DNA of 64,000 bases, from positions 25,157 through 89,156 of IMG/VR virus record IMGVR_UViG_3300032237_000868; one strand, written 5' to 3'. Shown piece after piece: positions 41,091 through 49,902 of this stretch; position 1 is the first letter of the stretch; each line of letters begins with the position of its first letter. The notes under the pieces are model-generated. The model had not been told where the DNA came from and did not search any database. It saw only the letters and a list, made by a program, of their open reading frames with translations. The stretch is from a virus. Taxonomy: Duplodnaviria; Caudoviricetes. Position numbers and translations under genes: made by a program.

Positions 41091-41479
41091 ATATTGTTAT
41101 TTACTTTACCCCGACAAAACATATGATGTTTTCGTTCATTGGGTTTGCCTTCTGGTATAAATATTTCTCCCAAGTATACTTGATTAACCCAATACATGTC
41201 AAGCTCTTTCATTTTAGAAATGACTTTGGTTTTGACGGAAGGATCAATATCATATTTTACTGATTCTTCATCACACACTCCCAACAAATATGTTTTGGTC
41301 AATGCAGGAGTGCTATCATCGCCAATATACATCTTTTTAGTTTCTGGATGATATGCAAATGCTACATGAGTTACATATTCAAATCCAGCATTTTTTATTT
41401 CAGATACCATCAATATGTTACGATTATTATATCTTACTTTAACATCTGCGTGGGGATCTAGTTCTTCGTAATTGTTCAT
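41087..41479 (-). CDS. Hypothetical protein
   Basis: 130 aa ORF. Confidence 0.65.
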   Translation of the reverse strand: MNNYEELDPHADVKVRYNNRNILMVSEIKNAGFEYVTHVAFAYHPETKKMYIGDDSTPALTKTYLLGVCDEESVKYDIDPSVKTKVISKMKELDMYWVNQVYLGEIFIPEGKPNERKHHMFCRGKVNNNI

Positions 41480-41688
41480 ACCAAATCTCGTTTCAATTTT
41501 ATGTTGTATATGCTATTATCTATATCATTTATAGCGTCACGAAATCCTTGGCGATATATCTGTTCAAATAACCATTCCAAATCATCCGCATCAAGAGGTG
41601 TATCATCATACTCTAAGTTATATTTTGTATCCAAAATGCTTTGTAGTTTTTCGTTTAGTTTGAACTTTTTCTCAGTCATATCAATCAT
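41476..41688 (-). CDS. Hypothetical protein
   Basis: 70 aa ORF. Confidence 0.55.
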   Translation of the reverse strand: MIDMTEKKFKLNEKLQSILDTKYNLEYDDTPLDADDLEWLFEQIYRQGFRDAINDIDNSIYNIKLKRDLV

Positions 41689-41784
41689 TTTTATCTTTGA
41701 TTACATTATCCGATGTTTCGTCTATATTAATTTTTATAGTTTCCATCCTGTTTCAATTGTTTTTTGTTTTTTCTCATATTTTTT

Positions 41785-41824
41785 AAAAAAACCGCGTATA
41801 ATGTAAAAATTATACGCGGTTTTT
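41785..41824. terminator. Bidirectional-type terminator hairpin
   Basis: AAAAAACCGCGTATAA/TTATACGCGGTTTTT. Confidence 0.8.
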
Positions 41825-41836
41825 GTTCACAACAAC

Positions 41837-42108
41837 TTATACTTTTGTGAGAAAGCGATTATTGCTTTCATCTGTGCCGATTTTTACACCGGGAACAAAT
41901 GTAACAGATTCGCTGATGTTGTCGCCTTGTTGTGTTGTAACTTGCACAACACAACCAACTCCAACAATCTCCATTGCCTTTGTGCTTTTCATCCATTTTT
42001 GTGATTCACTGGATGCTTTACACAACAAGACCCATAAATCACGTCCAACAATTTTAATGTCGGAGATTTTGGATCTTCATTATTTACTACGTCTAATGTT
42101 TTACTCAT
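41837..42108 (-). pseudogene. Small phage protein apparently frameshifted near 42065
   Basis: ATG 42108 frame (MSKTLDVVNNEDPK) continues in the -1 frame as ISDIKIVGRDLWVLLCKASSES... Confidence 0.5.
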
Positions 42109-43439
42109 AATGTTTTATTTCTAGTCTTAATAAATTCCATAAAATCGACTGGTTTCTTAAGATCGGGATTACTGTAATCCATCTCTGTCACTTCGTCAAC
42201 TTCTTTTGTGATGCCGGGATCAATTTGTGTCTCAGCCATTGCAGCTTTGATAGCCATTTTATCAAACTTTCTTTTTTCATCAAACAATGGTTTGTGTTCT
42301 GGCAAAGGTGCTCCTAATACACCTTCCATTGGTTGACAATAACTTACCCACTTTGCAGGTGGAGGATTAATTATACCTACAAGTCCACCAACAATTGCAC
42401 AATTAGTATCTACATCACCAAAACATTTGCATGTTTCAATCAATGTATTTTCATAATAATTTTCCAACTTGTAAGTAAATAATCCTTTTACTACAAGATA
42501 AATACAAAGAGGAACTGTATCTTGGCATGTTACATGAGTTCCATTGCCGAGAATTTCAATAACCTTCATTAATGGTAAATCAAGTGGCAATTCACTTGCT
42601 TTGACAATACCATCATATACTTTGCCGCTTGGCACATAACTCAGAATATAATCATAAATTTTACCCGGAGTTAAAGTTAAATCGGAACGTACAATTGAAT
42701 ATAAATCCGCATCATGTGCAACTGATCCAAAAATTGATAAATAATACGCCAATACAGATACTGCAATACTACCAGCAATACCTTCTACATGACAATGTGT
42801 AACTTGTGCTTGTAAAGTTGCTTCTTCAATTAAATGACCAATAGGATCGGACCAGTTTTCTGAATTTTCATATACAAATGCGCCCAATGGTGCAACTCTC
42901 ATTGCACTACCATTTCCACAACTACCAATCTTTAATTCGGGTTTATTTGCCAGTTCTTTTTGTAAATCCGCATTGGTTTCTGCCATTGCAGCAATAATGC
43001 TTTTTCCACCGGCAACTTCAACAATTAACTTATCAACAAAACTTGGTCCTTCAACTCTTGGTTTTGTTTGATTTGCTACACGCCAATCTTTACCAAAATA
43101 AATATCACGTAACACTGTGCGTGTCATCAAACCATAACCATAATGTTCGCCATCTGGATCACGTTCAAAATAACGTTTGGACAATTCGTATGCATATTTG
43201 TCTTGTAAAATTTGTCCATTATCATTCAAATGGTTGACAAGAACAATTGCTTCTTCTGTATCATCTGATAATGCAAAATGTTGTCCATGTGGATTGATAC
43301 CATTGCCGAATTTTGCAAGTCCTTCGTCAAGAGCTTTTAAAATATCGTGGGCAAAATACAATTGGCCAACATTGCCGATACAATCACCAACCCATAAACC
43401 ATTTAGTGATCGAATTGTTAAATTTAAATTAGTTTTCAT
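42105..43439 (-). CDS. ADP-ribosylglycohydrolase (DraG/ARH family)
   Basis: GDCIG, SDDTEEA, GNGSAMRVAP, THCH, GDVDTNCAIVGG; start moved to 43439 because a promoter lies in the upstream extension. Confidence 0.92.
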   Translation of the reverse strand: MKTNLNLTIRSLNGLWVGDCIGNVGQLYFAHDILKALDEGLAKFGNGINPHGQHFALSDDTEEAIVLVNHLNDNGQILQDKYAYELSKRYFERDPDGEHYGYGLMTRTVLRDIYFGKDWRVANQTKPRVEGPSFVDKLIVEVAGGKSIIAAMAETNADLQKELANKPELKIGSCGNGSAMRVAPLGAFVYENSENWSDPIGHLIEEATLQAQVTHCHVEGIAGSIAVSVLAYYLSIFGSVAHDADLYSIVRSDLTLTPGKIYDYILSYVPSGKVYDGIVKASELPLDLPLMKVIEILGNGTHVTCQDTVPLCIYLVVKGLFTYKLENYYENTLIETCKCFGDVDTNCAIVGGLVGIINPPPAKWVSYCQPMEGVLGAPLPEHKPLFDEKRKFDKMAIKAAMAETQIDPGITKEVDEVTEMDYSNPDLKKPVDFMEFIKTRNKTL

Positions 43440-43452
43440 AATATTAAAGTGG

Positions 43453-43481
43453 ATATTACCACTTAAAATTATGAATGTCAA
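43453..43481 (-). promoter_or_regulatory. Sigma70-type promoter
   Basis: TTGACA-17-TAATAT. Confidence 0.7.
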
Positions 43482-43484
43482 GTA

Positions 43485-44258
43485 TTAACTGTAAGTATTG
43501 TTATCAATTTTAGTGTAAGTTACGGTTTTTGGTTCAGGAACAACACCTTGCTCTAAAAATCCAAAACTATAACTATATTTTCCGATATGCGCTAATTTAA
43601 TTCTAGTATCAGAATACAACTTGATTCCCACATTTCGTATACGATGACAAAATGCAAAATCTTCACCGATATATTCATTATTCAACAAGAGTGGATAAAA
43701 ATATGGATAGACCTCATATTGACCTCCCCAAATTTTGACCTTTGTCATCTTTTCATTTTTTACAATTGCTTCATACACACTGCGATGTGTATACATAAAA
43801 CCAGTGGCAGCATATTTTATTTCATACAATCCACCTTGTTCGCCAAGCAAAACTTTCTTATCGAGAAATTCTGTGGTCAATGCTGGCCAACCTTTTACAC
43901 TATACGGCGCACTCAAAAATGGCAAACCCATTTTAATTACCTTTTCAACATCATATGGCCAAAATGCTACATCAGCATCAATCCAAAATAAATGTTCAAA
44001 TCCATCGTCCAAAGCTTCTTGTGCCATTGCACATCTACCTTGATCAATTGCACTAAATCCATATTTTCTACGAACTGTATATCCCATCGATTCTAATTTT
44101 CTCAAGGATTCATCGACCGCTGGTTCAATATGATTTCCAACAGGAACCAAGATAACTACTGAATTTGGTTTTACAGGTTGTGGAAATATTGCATTGATCT
44201 GAGCTTTTTTCGAAGATCGTAATTTCTGAAACAATCCAACAATATAATCTATAATCAT
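43485..44258 (-). CDS. GT-A fold glycosyltransferase-like protein
   Basis: IDQGRC, HLFWIDADV, GEDFAFCHR. Confidence 0.75.
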   Translation of the reverse strand: MIIDYIVGLFQKLRSSKKAQINAIFPQPVKPNSVVILVPVGNHIEPAVDESLRKLESMGYTVRRKYGFSAIDQGRCAMAQEALDDGFEHLFWIDADVAFWPYDVEKVIKMGLPFLSAPYSVKGWPALTTEFLDKKVLLGEQGGLYEIKYAATGFMYTHRSVYEAIVKNEKMTKVKIWGGQYEVYPYFYPLLLNNEYIGEDFAFCHRIRNVGIKLYSDTRIKLAHIGKYSYSFGFLEQGVVPEPKTVTYTKIDNNTYS

Positions 44259-44272
44259 AACATTAATAAGTA

Positions 44273-44788
44273 TTAAACTTTTTTTGAATACTTCAAAACT
44301 TTATGCCCACTTTCAAATACATTTATAACCTCTTGATTATCAAATAGATGCTCAAACGGTGGCATGTAAGTATCACCTTCATATTCGCCTTTTACATGAG
44401 TAACATAAAATTCTGTTATATACGGAAGAAATAATTCATATGTTTTGGCACCACCAATTACAACCAAATTGTCTTTATGGTTTGAGTGCAAATTAAGAAT
44501 ATTTTCTTGGTTTCGATAACAATAACCCATATTGTTGATTGGATCATAACCTTGTTTATGATTTATAATTTCATCAATAGTTTGTTCTTTAGAATTGTAA
44601 CGTGTTAACACAATAAGGTTTCTGTTCTTTAGAACAGGTAAAGTGCTGAACGTTTTGTGACCCACTATCAATATTTTGCCAGTGGTAAATTCTTTGAACC
44701 ACTTAAAGTCTTCTTTAATATTTGGCCAAGGAAGTGTATAATCTTTTCCAATAACTCTATTGATTCCCATTGCAGCGATTGCTTTCAT
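44273..44788 (-). CDS. folA: Dihydrofolate reductase
   Basis: IAAMGINRVIG, LPW, EDFKWFK, VIGGA, EGDTYMP. Confidence 0.95.
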   Translation of the reverse strand: MKAIAAMGINRVIGKDYTLPWPNIKEDFKWFKEFTTGKILIVGHKTFSTLPVLKNRNLIVLTRYNSKEQTIDEIINHKQGYDPINNMGYCYRNQENILNLHSNHKDNLVVIGGAKTYELFLPYITEFYVTHVKGEYEGDTYMPPFEHLFDNQEVINVFESGHKVLKYSKKV

Positions 44789-44796
44789 ATTAGAAT

Positions 44797-44824
44797 ACTA
44801 TACGTAAAAACAAAAAGCTGTCAA
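44797..44824 (-). promoter_or_regulatory. Sigma70-type promoter
   Basis: TTGACA-16-TATAGT. Confidence 0.65.
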
Positions 44825-44850
44825 CATAAAAATGTTGATAGCTTTTAAAT

Positions 44851-44869
44851 TGGCGGATAGAACAGGATT
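44851..44869 (-). pseudogene. Orphan tRNA 3' end
   Basis: AATCCTGTTCTATCCGCCA directly after the HNH stop codon. Confidence 0.6.
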
Positions 44870-45389
44870 ATATTATTTTTAATTCACTATCATTAGTTTT
44901 TTCAAATTTAATTAATCCGGAATGATATTCACAGTGATGATTGGGACAAATTGCGAACATATTGCCTATTTCATATTTACCATCATATTTTCCTTCGATA
45001 AAACGATGAACATTATAAACTTTATTATAAGTACATCCGTACACCATGCATTTTATAAAATTAAATTTATCTTTTAATAATTGTAATCTATATTGAGTTT
45101 TAGATCTAAATTTAGTTTTTGTATAAGGACCGCGTAGGATAGAAGCGGCGCATACATTACTACAATATTTTTGTTCAATTCTATCAGGTAAAAAAGATTT
45201 ATTACAATATTTACAGTTGATATTTTTTCTTTTAATTATTGTTTTAAAATAACATGATCTAGAACAATATTTAATTTTTTCTGTAGGACGTTTGTAAATA
45301 ATATTTTTACATTCAGAGTTACTACAATTATGATTTGGTTTACGATGCTTCAGATCTATAAATATGCTTACATTCATTATACCACTCAT
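44868..45389 (-). CDS. HNH homing endonuclease with CxxC repeats
   Basis: YCSRSC, YCSNVC; VHRF...N.FAICPNHHCEYH. Confidence 0.85.
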   Translation of the reverse strand: MSGIMNVSIFIDLKHRKPNHNCSNSECKNIIYKRPTEKIKYCSRSCYFKTIIKRKNINCKYCNKSFLPDRIEQKYCSNVCAASILRGPYTKTKFRSKTQYRLQLLKDKFNFIKCMVYGCTYNKVYNVHRFIEGKYDGKYEIGNMFAICPNHHCEYHSGLIKFEKTNDSELKII

Positions 45390-45403
45390 TTATTTTAAGA
45401 AAA

Positions 45404-45496
45404 TGGCGGAAGCGAAGGGTGCTGCCCCCTCAGATGCTTTTATACATCGGCAGTTTAGCAAACTGCTGTAGAAACCTAACTATCTACGTCACTTCC
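45404..45496 (-). tRNA. tRNA-Ser(GCT)
   Basis: GCAGT-TTGCTAA-ACTGC, long V arm, T loop GGCAGCA, CCA. Confidence 0.85.
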
Positions 45497-45688
45497 ATTT
45501 AGCTGTAAATTAATAGTTTGTTTTGACCTTGCTTCATTAGTTCGTGAAGCTACCATAGCACTGTTTCAGTCGTACCACTTTTCTTGACTTTCACTGCATT
45601 CAAGCATTTACTTTTTTAATGTCAAGATAACCGGCATGATCCTCAATCCGGCATATTCGTATCGGTATATCAATCTACAACTATAAAT

Positions 45689-45776
45689 TGGAGGCAAGAG
45701 AGGGATTCGAACCCCCGGTGGTTTGACCCACTTCTGTTTTCAAGACAGATGCAATAATCCACTCTGCCATCTTGCC
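45689..45776 (-). tRNA. tRNA-Ser(TGA)
   Basis: TCTGT-CTTGAAA-ACAGA, TTCGAAT, CCA. Confidence 0.95.
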
Positions 45777-45793
45777 ATTATTTTAAAGAACAA

Positions 45794-46003
45794 TTAAACT
45801 TCTTCTTCTGCAACAGTTGGAGTTAAACTAACATCACCAACTTCTTCTACAACTGCTTTAATTTCATTTTCTAACTCTTTGATTTTTTCTTTGTAACCAG
45901 CGGCTACATCCTTAAAATCTTTTTTGGTAAAAATTAATTTTTCAGTCAATTCGTAAACCTTTTTCTCAGCGTCTGCTTTTGATAACTTATTTGCCATATG
46001 CAA
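45794..46003 (-). CDS. Small coiled-coil hypothetical protein
   Basis: 69 aa ORF; start probably second Met. Confidence 0.65.
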   Translation of the reverse strand: MHMANKLSKADAEKKVYELTEKLIFTKKDFKDVAAGYKEKIKELENEIKAVVEEVGDVSLTPTVAEEEV

Positions 46004-46040
46004 TATATAGCATACAAAATTTCAAAAAACGTTTTAAAAA

Positions 46041-46423
46041 TGGTGGACGTGGGGGAAGTTGAATCCCCGTCTTTAACATTTAAACCATACCAGACTACAT
46101 GTTTATTCACTTTGAATTTATTTGTGGCAATTCTAATAAATGAAAAACAAAATTGCCCTTGAGATTGCAAAATGGTCAACAATAATACACAATCCGATAT
46201 TATCGTTTACTCTGATAAAAGACATTTGTTACACTATCAGATATCCTGCAACAAATGGACTACCAATAAATTAGGCAGCAACAGCGACTTCATCATAAGA
46301 GAAGTCATATGCAATTACATTTTCTTCTGCATTTAGTGTTTTAATGGATTTTTTAGGAAGCCAACCATTATCTTCCACATGCCTAGCATGACCAGAATAT
46401 TAAATCGAAACCAGTACACGCCC
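46041..46423 (-). ncRNA. ssrA: tmRNA, tag (A)EENVIAYDFSYDEVAVAA*
   Basis: GGGCGTG/CACGTCC-ACCA with G3.U70, 5' GGTTTCGA, T arm, tag frame 46330-46271. Confidence 0.95.
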
Positions 46424-46461
46424 GTAAATTGTCAAATAACTTTTTAATGTATTCATAAAAT

Positions 46462-46565
46462 TGGTCAGCGTAGTGGGATTTTCACCTGTCGTATATACAT
46501 CTATTTCTAGCCACACTCATTCTTCCAGTTTTGGAAATGACTCTTTAATGTTGGTCTACACGCTG
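46462..46565 (-). pseudogene. tRNA-like element with expanded anticodon region
   Basis: CAGCGTG/TACGCTG-ACCA acceptor; T stem does not pair. Confidence 0.5.
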
Positions 46566-46576
46566 ATTGTTAAAAT

Positions 46577-46653
46577 TGGCTGGGGATAAGAGAATCGAAC
46601 TCCTATAAGACAGTGGTTCAAAGCCACCCGCGATACCATTACGCTAATCCCCA
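46577..46653 (-). tRNA. tRNA-Gln(TTG)
   Basis: GTGG-CTTTGAA-CCAC, CCA. Confidence 0.9.
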
Positions 46654-46672
46654 ATTAAAATTCCATAAAATA

Positions 46673-46759
46673 TGGTGCCAGCGATTGGATTTGAACCAAT
46701 GATTCCATTGTTTGGATTGCTGTTAATACCTTTATGATCTAGATATGTTTTATTCTGGC
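46673..46759 (-). ncRNA. ACAGCAA-family tRNA-like RNA, un-permuted, CCA-ending
   Basis: GCCAG/CTGGC-ACCA, T arm ATTGG-TTCAAAT-CCAAT, internal TATCT..AGGTA-TTA-ACAGCAA. Confidence 0.6.
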
Positions 46760-46767
46760 GTTGAAAT

Positions 46768-46842
46768 TGGAGCGTCATGTCGGAATCGAACCGACTTGTT
46801 CAACTTGGAAGGATGATGCCTAAGCCAATCGGCCAATGACGC
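46768..46842 (-). tRNA. tRNA-Gly(TCC)
   Basis: CTTCCAA loop, U73, CCA. Confidence 0.93.
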
Positions 46843-46850
46843 ATAAAAAT

Positions 46851-46926
46851 TGGTGGACACAGACGGGACTTGAACCCGTAATATTCTCATTGCAAGTGAG
46901 ATGCATTACATTGATGCTACTGGCCC
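46851..46926 (-). tRNA. tRNA-Ala(TGC)
   Basis: TCTCA-CTTGCAA-TGAGA, G3.U70. Confidence 0.92.
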
Positions 46927-46936
46927 ATTTAAAAAT

Positions 46937-47022
46937 TGGTAGGCATGGAGGGACTTGCACCCCCAAGGACAACAGATCTTAAGTCTATCGCTTCTTCTAA
47001 TTTCGCTTTCGTCCACATGCCC
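46937..47022 (-). tRNA. tRNA-Leu(TAA)
   Basis: CTTAAGA loop, long V arm, T loop TGCAAGT. Confidence 0.88.
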
Positions 47023-47034
47023 ATTATTAAATTG

Positions 47035-47143
47035 ACAAGATACAACTTATTTACAGTTTTGCTTCTGACCTGCATTTTTTTCATGGTCCGCAGACAAGAC
47101 ATTTCATTCCAATATGATTTTTATTTGTTGCTGTGTGTATCTT
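47035..47143 (-). ncRNA. ACAGCAA-family element
   Basis: AAGATACAC-ACAGCAA ... TTGTATCTTGT terminal helix. Confidence 0.6.
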
Positions 47144-48044
47144 AAAATCTATTGTAAAATTCTAAAAATTTATTTATTTCATTTTCTATAAATTTTTTAC
47201 CTGATTTAGTATTTATTGATTTCCAAGGTATTCGATATACTTTCCATGATTGTGACTTTAAATATTCATCTTTTAATTGATCGGATTTTTTTCTATCTTC
47301 AAGAAGATGTTGTTTGCCATCAATTTCCAATGCAATTCTCTTGGATTCTATCGCAAAATCAATAAAATATTTTCCGCAAGGTTCTTCGAACTTATATGAT
47401 ATATTATTGTTTGTCAATACTTTCATGAAAAATAATTCAGCATAAGATGGTTGATTTCTACTTTTCCAACCGGAATGGGTTCCTTCTATAATTCTTTTTA
47501 ATTGTGCTTGTCTGAGTTTTTCTTTATATTCTATACATGCATGTTGACATAATTTTGAACAATAAATAATTTTATTGGATTTTGGTTTAAATTGTTTTTG
47601 ACAAATTTTACAATTTTTGACAATTACTATTTGTTTTTTCTTTTTACGAATTGTGTTTAATCCTCGTTCTGATTGGTAATACAATTTTAATCCGCGTTTT
47701 ATTTTTTCTCTTTGTTCTGAACTAAGAGACGCAGCAAAAAATTTATTAGCGCATTTATGAGAACATGTTTTTTTCTCTCTCGGATGATTTTTTTCAGTCT
47801 CAAACAGCGACTGACATATCGGACATTCTTTTTTAATTTTTTGATATTTACATATATGATTTTTTAATCCAAAATGTGAAATATCGAGTTTAAATTCATA
47901 AATTTTTAATTTAACTTGATTTCTTGATTTTCCATTGTCACAGAAATTAAATTTACGACATATTTCTCCGGTTCCATTGCTTTCTTTTACAACTTGTTTG
48001 AATTTCTCTATATTTGACATTATTTCCGATTCAATCTTATTCAT
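47142..48044 (-). CDS. DUF559/Vsr-like homing endonuclease with CxxC repeats
   Basis: YFIDFAIESKRIALEIDGKQH...D..KD. Confidence 0.88.
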   Translation of the reverse strand: MNKIESEIMSNIEKFKQVVKESNGTGEICRKFNFCDNGKSRNQVKLKIYEFKLDISHFGLKNHICKYQKIKKECPICQSLFETEKNHPREKKTCSHKCANKFFAASLSSEQREKIKRGLKLYYQSERGLNTIRKKKKQIVIVKNCKICQKQFKPKSNKIIYCSKLCQHACIEYKEKLRQAQLKRIIEGTHSGWKSRNQPSYAELFFMKVLTNNNISYKFEEPCGKYFIDFAIESKRIALEIDGKQHLLEDRKKSDQLKDEYLKSQSWKVYRIPWKSINTKSGKKFIENEINKFLEFYNRF

Positions 48045-48107
48045 ATACTAATATATAGTATTGAAATTTATGAAAGTCGGACTTATCTTACTTGAACTAA
48101 GTTAAAA

Positions 48108-48192
48108 TGGTCGGAGTGATAGGACTTGCACCTACAGGCATTACTGTCCAGTTCCCAAAACTGGCCCGCTCCTATTTACGGACTACACTCCG
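48108..48192 (-). tRNA. tRNA-Pro(TGG) with long variable region
   Basis: CCAGT-TTTGGGA-ACTGG, CGGAGTG acceptor, CCA. Confidence 0.85.
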
Positions 48193-48276
48193 ATGTTTAA
48201 AATTAACAATGAACTTACCAACAAGATAGTGTGATAATATACTCTTCTCACAAATTGAAGATCGTCCCTCTAAAAA

Positions 48277-48351
48277 TGGTAGGCGGTGAAGGATTTGAAC
48301 CTCCGACAAACTGAGTGTAAATCAGCTACTCTACCCCTGAGCTAACCGCCC
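48277..48351 (-). tRNA. tRNA-Val(TAC)
   Basis: CTGA-TTTACAC-TCAG, CCA. Confidence 0.95.
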
Positions 48352-48484
48352 ATTTAATAAATTTAAGGATTTGTGAACCTATCGTTGGTAGCCCAATTTT
48401 CATTGAACCGGCGTCTCCGATTTCCCACGGCTCGCCTCTACGGTTTTGATTGTACGCTCAAAATTTCTAAATGCGTTACTTACT

Positions 48485-48512
48485 ATCTTAGCACTTTTTT
48501 CATCGTTGTCAA
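48485..48512 (-). promoter_or_regulatory. Sigma70-type promoter
   Basis: TTGACA-16-TAAGAT. Confidence 0.65.
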
Positions 48513-48618
48513 CAGCTTTGTTGAGGATTCCATTTCTCAGTGTTTCGATTCAACATCGCCGTCTCAACTATGGATACGTCTTACACTATCCGATTCAAAC
48601 GTCAACAACTTTCGCAAA

Positions 48619-48653
48619 CAAAAAACCCGTTGGTTTTTTAGGCCAACGGGTTT
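48619..48653 (-). terminator. Intrinsic terminator
   Basis: AACCCGTTGG/CCAACGGGTT plus T-tract. Confidence 0.85.
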
Positions 48654-48807
48654 AAAATTACGCAAATGTCCGTTGGTTAGCCTAGTACCAAACTAGGTTG
48701 TGACGCAGCACTAGCGAGTGCTGGTCCTACGACGAATAATTGTACGAATGTATTCATTGTAAGAATAAATATTTCCAAAATTTGGAAACGTTCATTTTTT
48801 TTTTCAA

Positions 48808-48936
48808 TTATTTTGCAGATGTCTTTGCAACAGCCTTCTTAACTACACTTGCAGTCTTACTCTTTGCAGGTGTAGTTGCTACCGTCTTGGGTGTCTTAGT
48901 TGCCTTTGCAGTCTTTGTTGTTTTTTGTGTTGCCAT
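48808..48936 (-). CDS. Histone H1-like K/A/T-rich peptide (42 aa, not in track)
   Basis: MATQKTTKTAKATKTPKTVATTPAKSKTASVVKKAVAKTSAK. Confidence 0.7.
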   Translation of the reverse strand: MATQKTTKTAKATKTPKTVATTPAKSKTASVVKKAVAKTSAK

Positions 48937-49022
48937 AATTTATTTTTTCTTTCTATTTTTGTACGATTCATTACGAATCAGATTAATCAATATATAATTG
49001 AAACTATTTTGTTACATTTATT

Positions 49023-49238
49023 TTATTTGCAACATTTGCTTAGTTTCAAAATTTCATCCAAATTTTCTTTTACTCTTATTGGTTGAGTTGAATGATTTTT
49101 TGTGAAAATCAAACTGTGAATTTTAGAAGGCTCAATACTAACAATCATATCCAAATTAATCAATGTTGGTATATAAGTTCTATTGTTAGTTTCTTCGTGC
49201 CCGTGATGTAATACATTTAGTTTAATAAAATGTGCCAT
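49023..49238 (-). CDS. Small FlbD-like hypothetical protein
   Basis: LINLDMIVSIEP...VKENLDEI. Confidence 0.55.
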   Translation of the reverse strand: MAHFIKLNVLHHGHEETNNRTYIPTLINLDMIVSIEPSKIHSLIFTKNHSTQPIRVKENLDEILKLSKCCK

Positions 49239-49252
49239 ACTATGTCCTCATA

Positions 49253-49292
49253 AAAAATAAAATCGGCATCAATTTTTTATTGATGCCGATTG
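49253..49292 (-). terminator. Intrinsic terminator after outer-membrane protein gene
   Basis: AATCGGCATCAA/TTGATGCCGATT. Confidence 0.75.
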
Positions 49293-49308
49293 TTGTTAAT
49301 TTAGTTTT

Positions 49309-49779
49309 TTAGAATCTAACACCAAGACCAAGTGTGTAACGAACAGCGTTATCTGCTACATTATTCAAGCCTATATCATAGTTGACTTGAGCCAAAATAT
49401 ACACATTATCCTTGACGAAAAAGCGATTACCAAGCAATGGTCCAGCATGCCATGTTGGCAAACCATCACCATATCCAAATGATGCACCTGCACCTGCAAA
49501 TGTTTGATTCTGGAATCCAACAACCTTATAATCTAAATTATAAGCAACAAACAATTCGCTTGAGCCGCGAACATTTGGAGTTGCTACGTTGATTCCTTGA
49601 ATGTAACCAACACTGATATTGGTTGTTGCAAACTTTTCAAGACGTAGTGCAGTTCCAAATTCGGAACCGGTATTTTTTTGAGTTTGAGTTGAACCAGTGC
49701 CACCAATGGAAAAATCCAAAGCACCGACATTAAACGTGACTGCCAATACAGCCAACAACGACAATAATAACTTTTTCAT
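49309..49779 (-). CDS. Small outer-membrane beta-barrel protein
   Basis: Signal peptide, alternating beta pattern, C-terminal YTLGLGVRF. Confidence 0.8.
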   Translation of the reverse strand: MKKLLLSLLAVLAVTFNVGALDFSIGGTGSTQTQKNTGSEFGTALRLEKFATTNISVGYIQGINVATPNVRGSSELFVAYNLDYKVVGFQNQTFAGAGASFGYGDGLPTWHAGPLLGNRFFVKDNVYILAQVNYDIGLNNVADNAVRYTLGLGVRF

Positions 49780-49902
49780 AATAATATATATACTTTCTAT
49801 TTTTTGTGTTTTTACTAAGCGAGTTCAGATTTCCAAATCTTCATTTTCTTAGCGTGCATATATACTAGACGAAGAATTCAAAGTCGTCAACTTTTTTCTT
49901 AA

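Noticed and set aside
61-44848. Numerous short plus-strand ORFs in the track (e.g. 61-300, 5756-8776 series, 26322-26729, 43644-43991)
   Set aside because: They are antisense shadows of long minus-strand genes with clear motifs.
45500-45670. Possible ncRNA between the two tRNA-Ser genes
   Set aside because: Only one small hairpin and a TTGACA box; better explained as a promoter region.
45946-46182. 78-aa ORF in track
   Set aside because: Overlaps the tmRNA 3' domain and the real 69-aa gene in another frame.
48372-48600. RNase P RNA or group II intron domain V (GAGCCG...CGGTTC)
   Set aside because: No GAGGAAAGTCC/P4 partner; spacing too short for domain V and no other intron domains.
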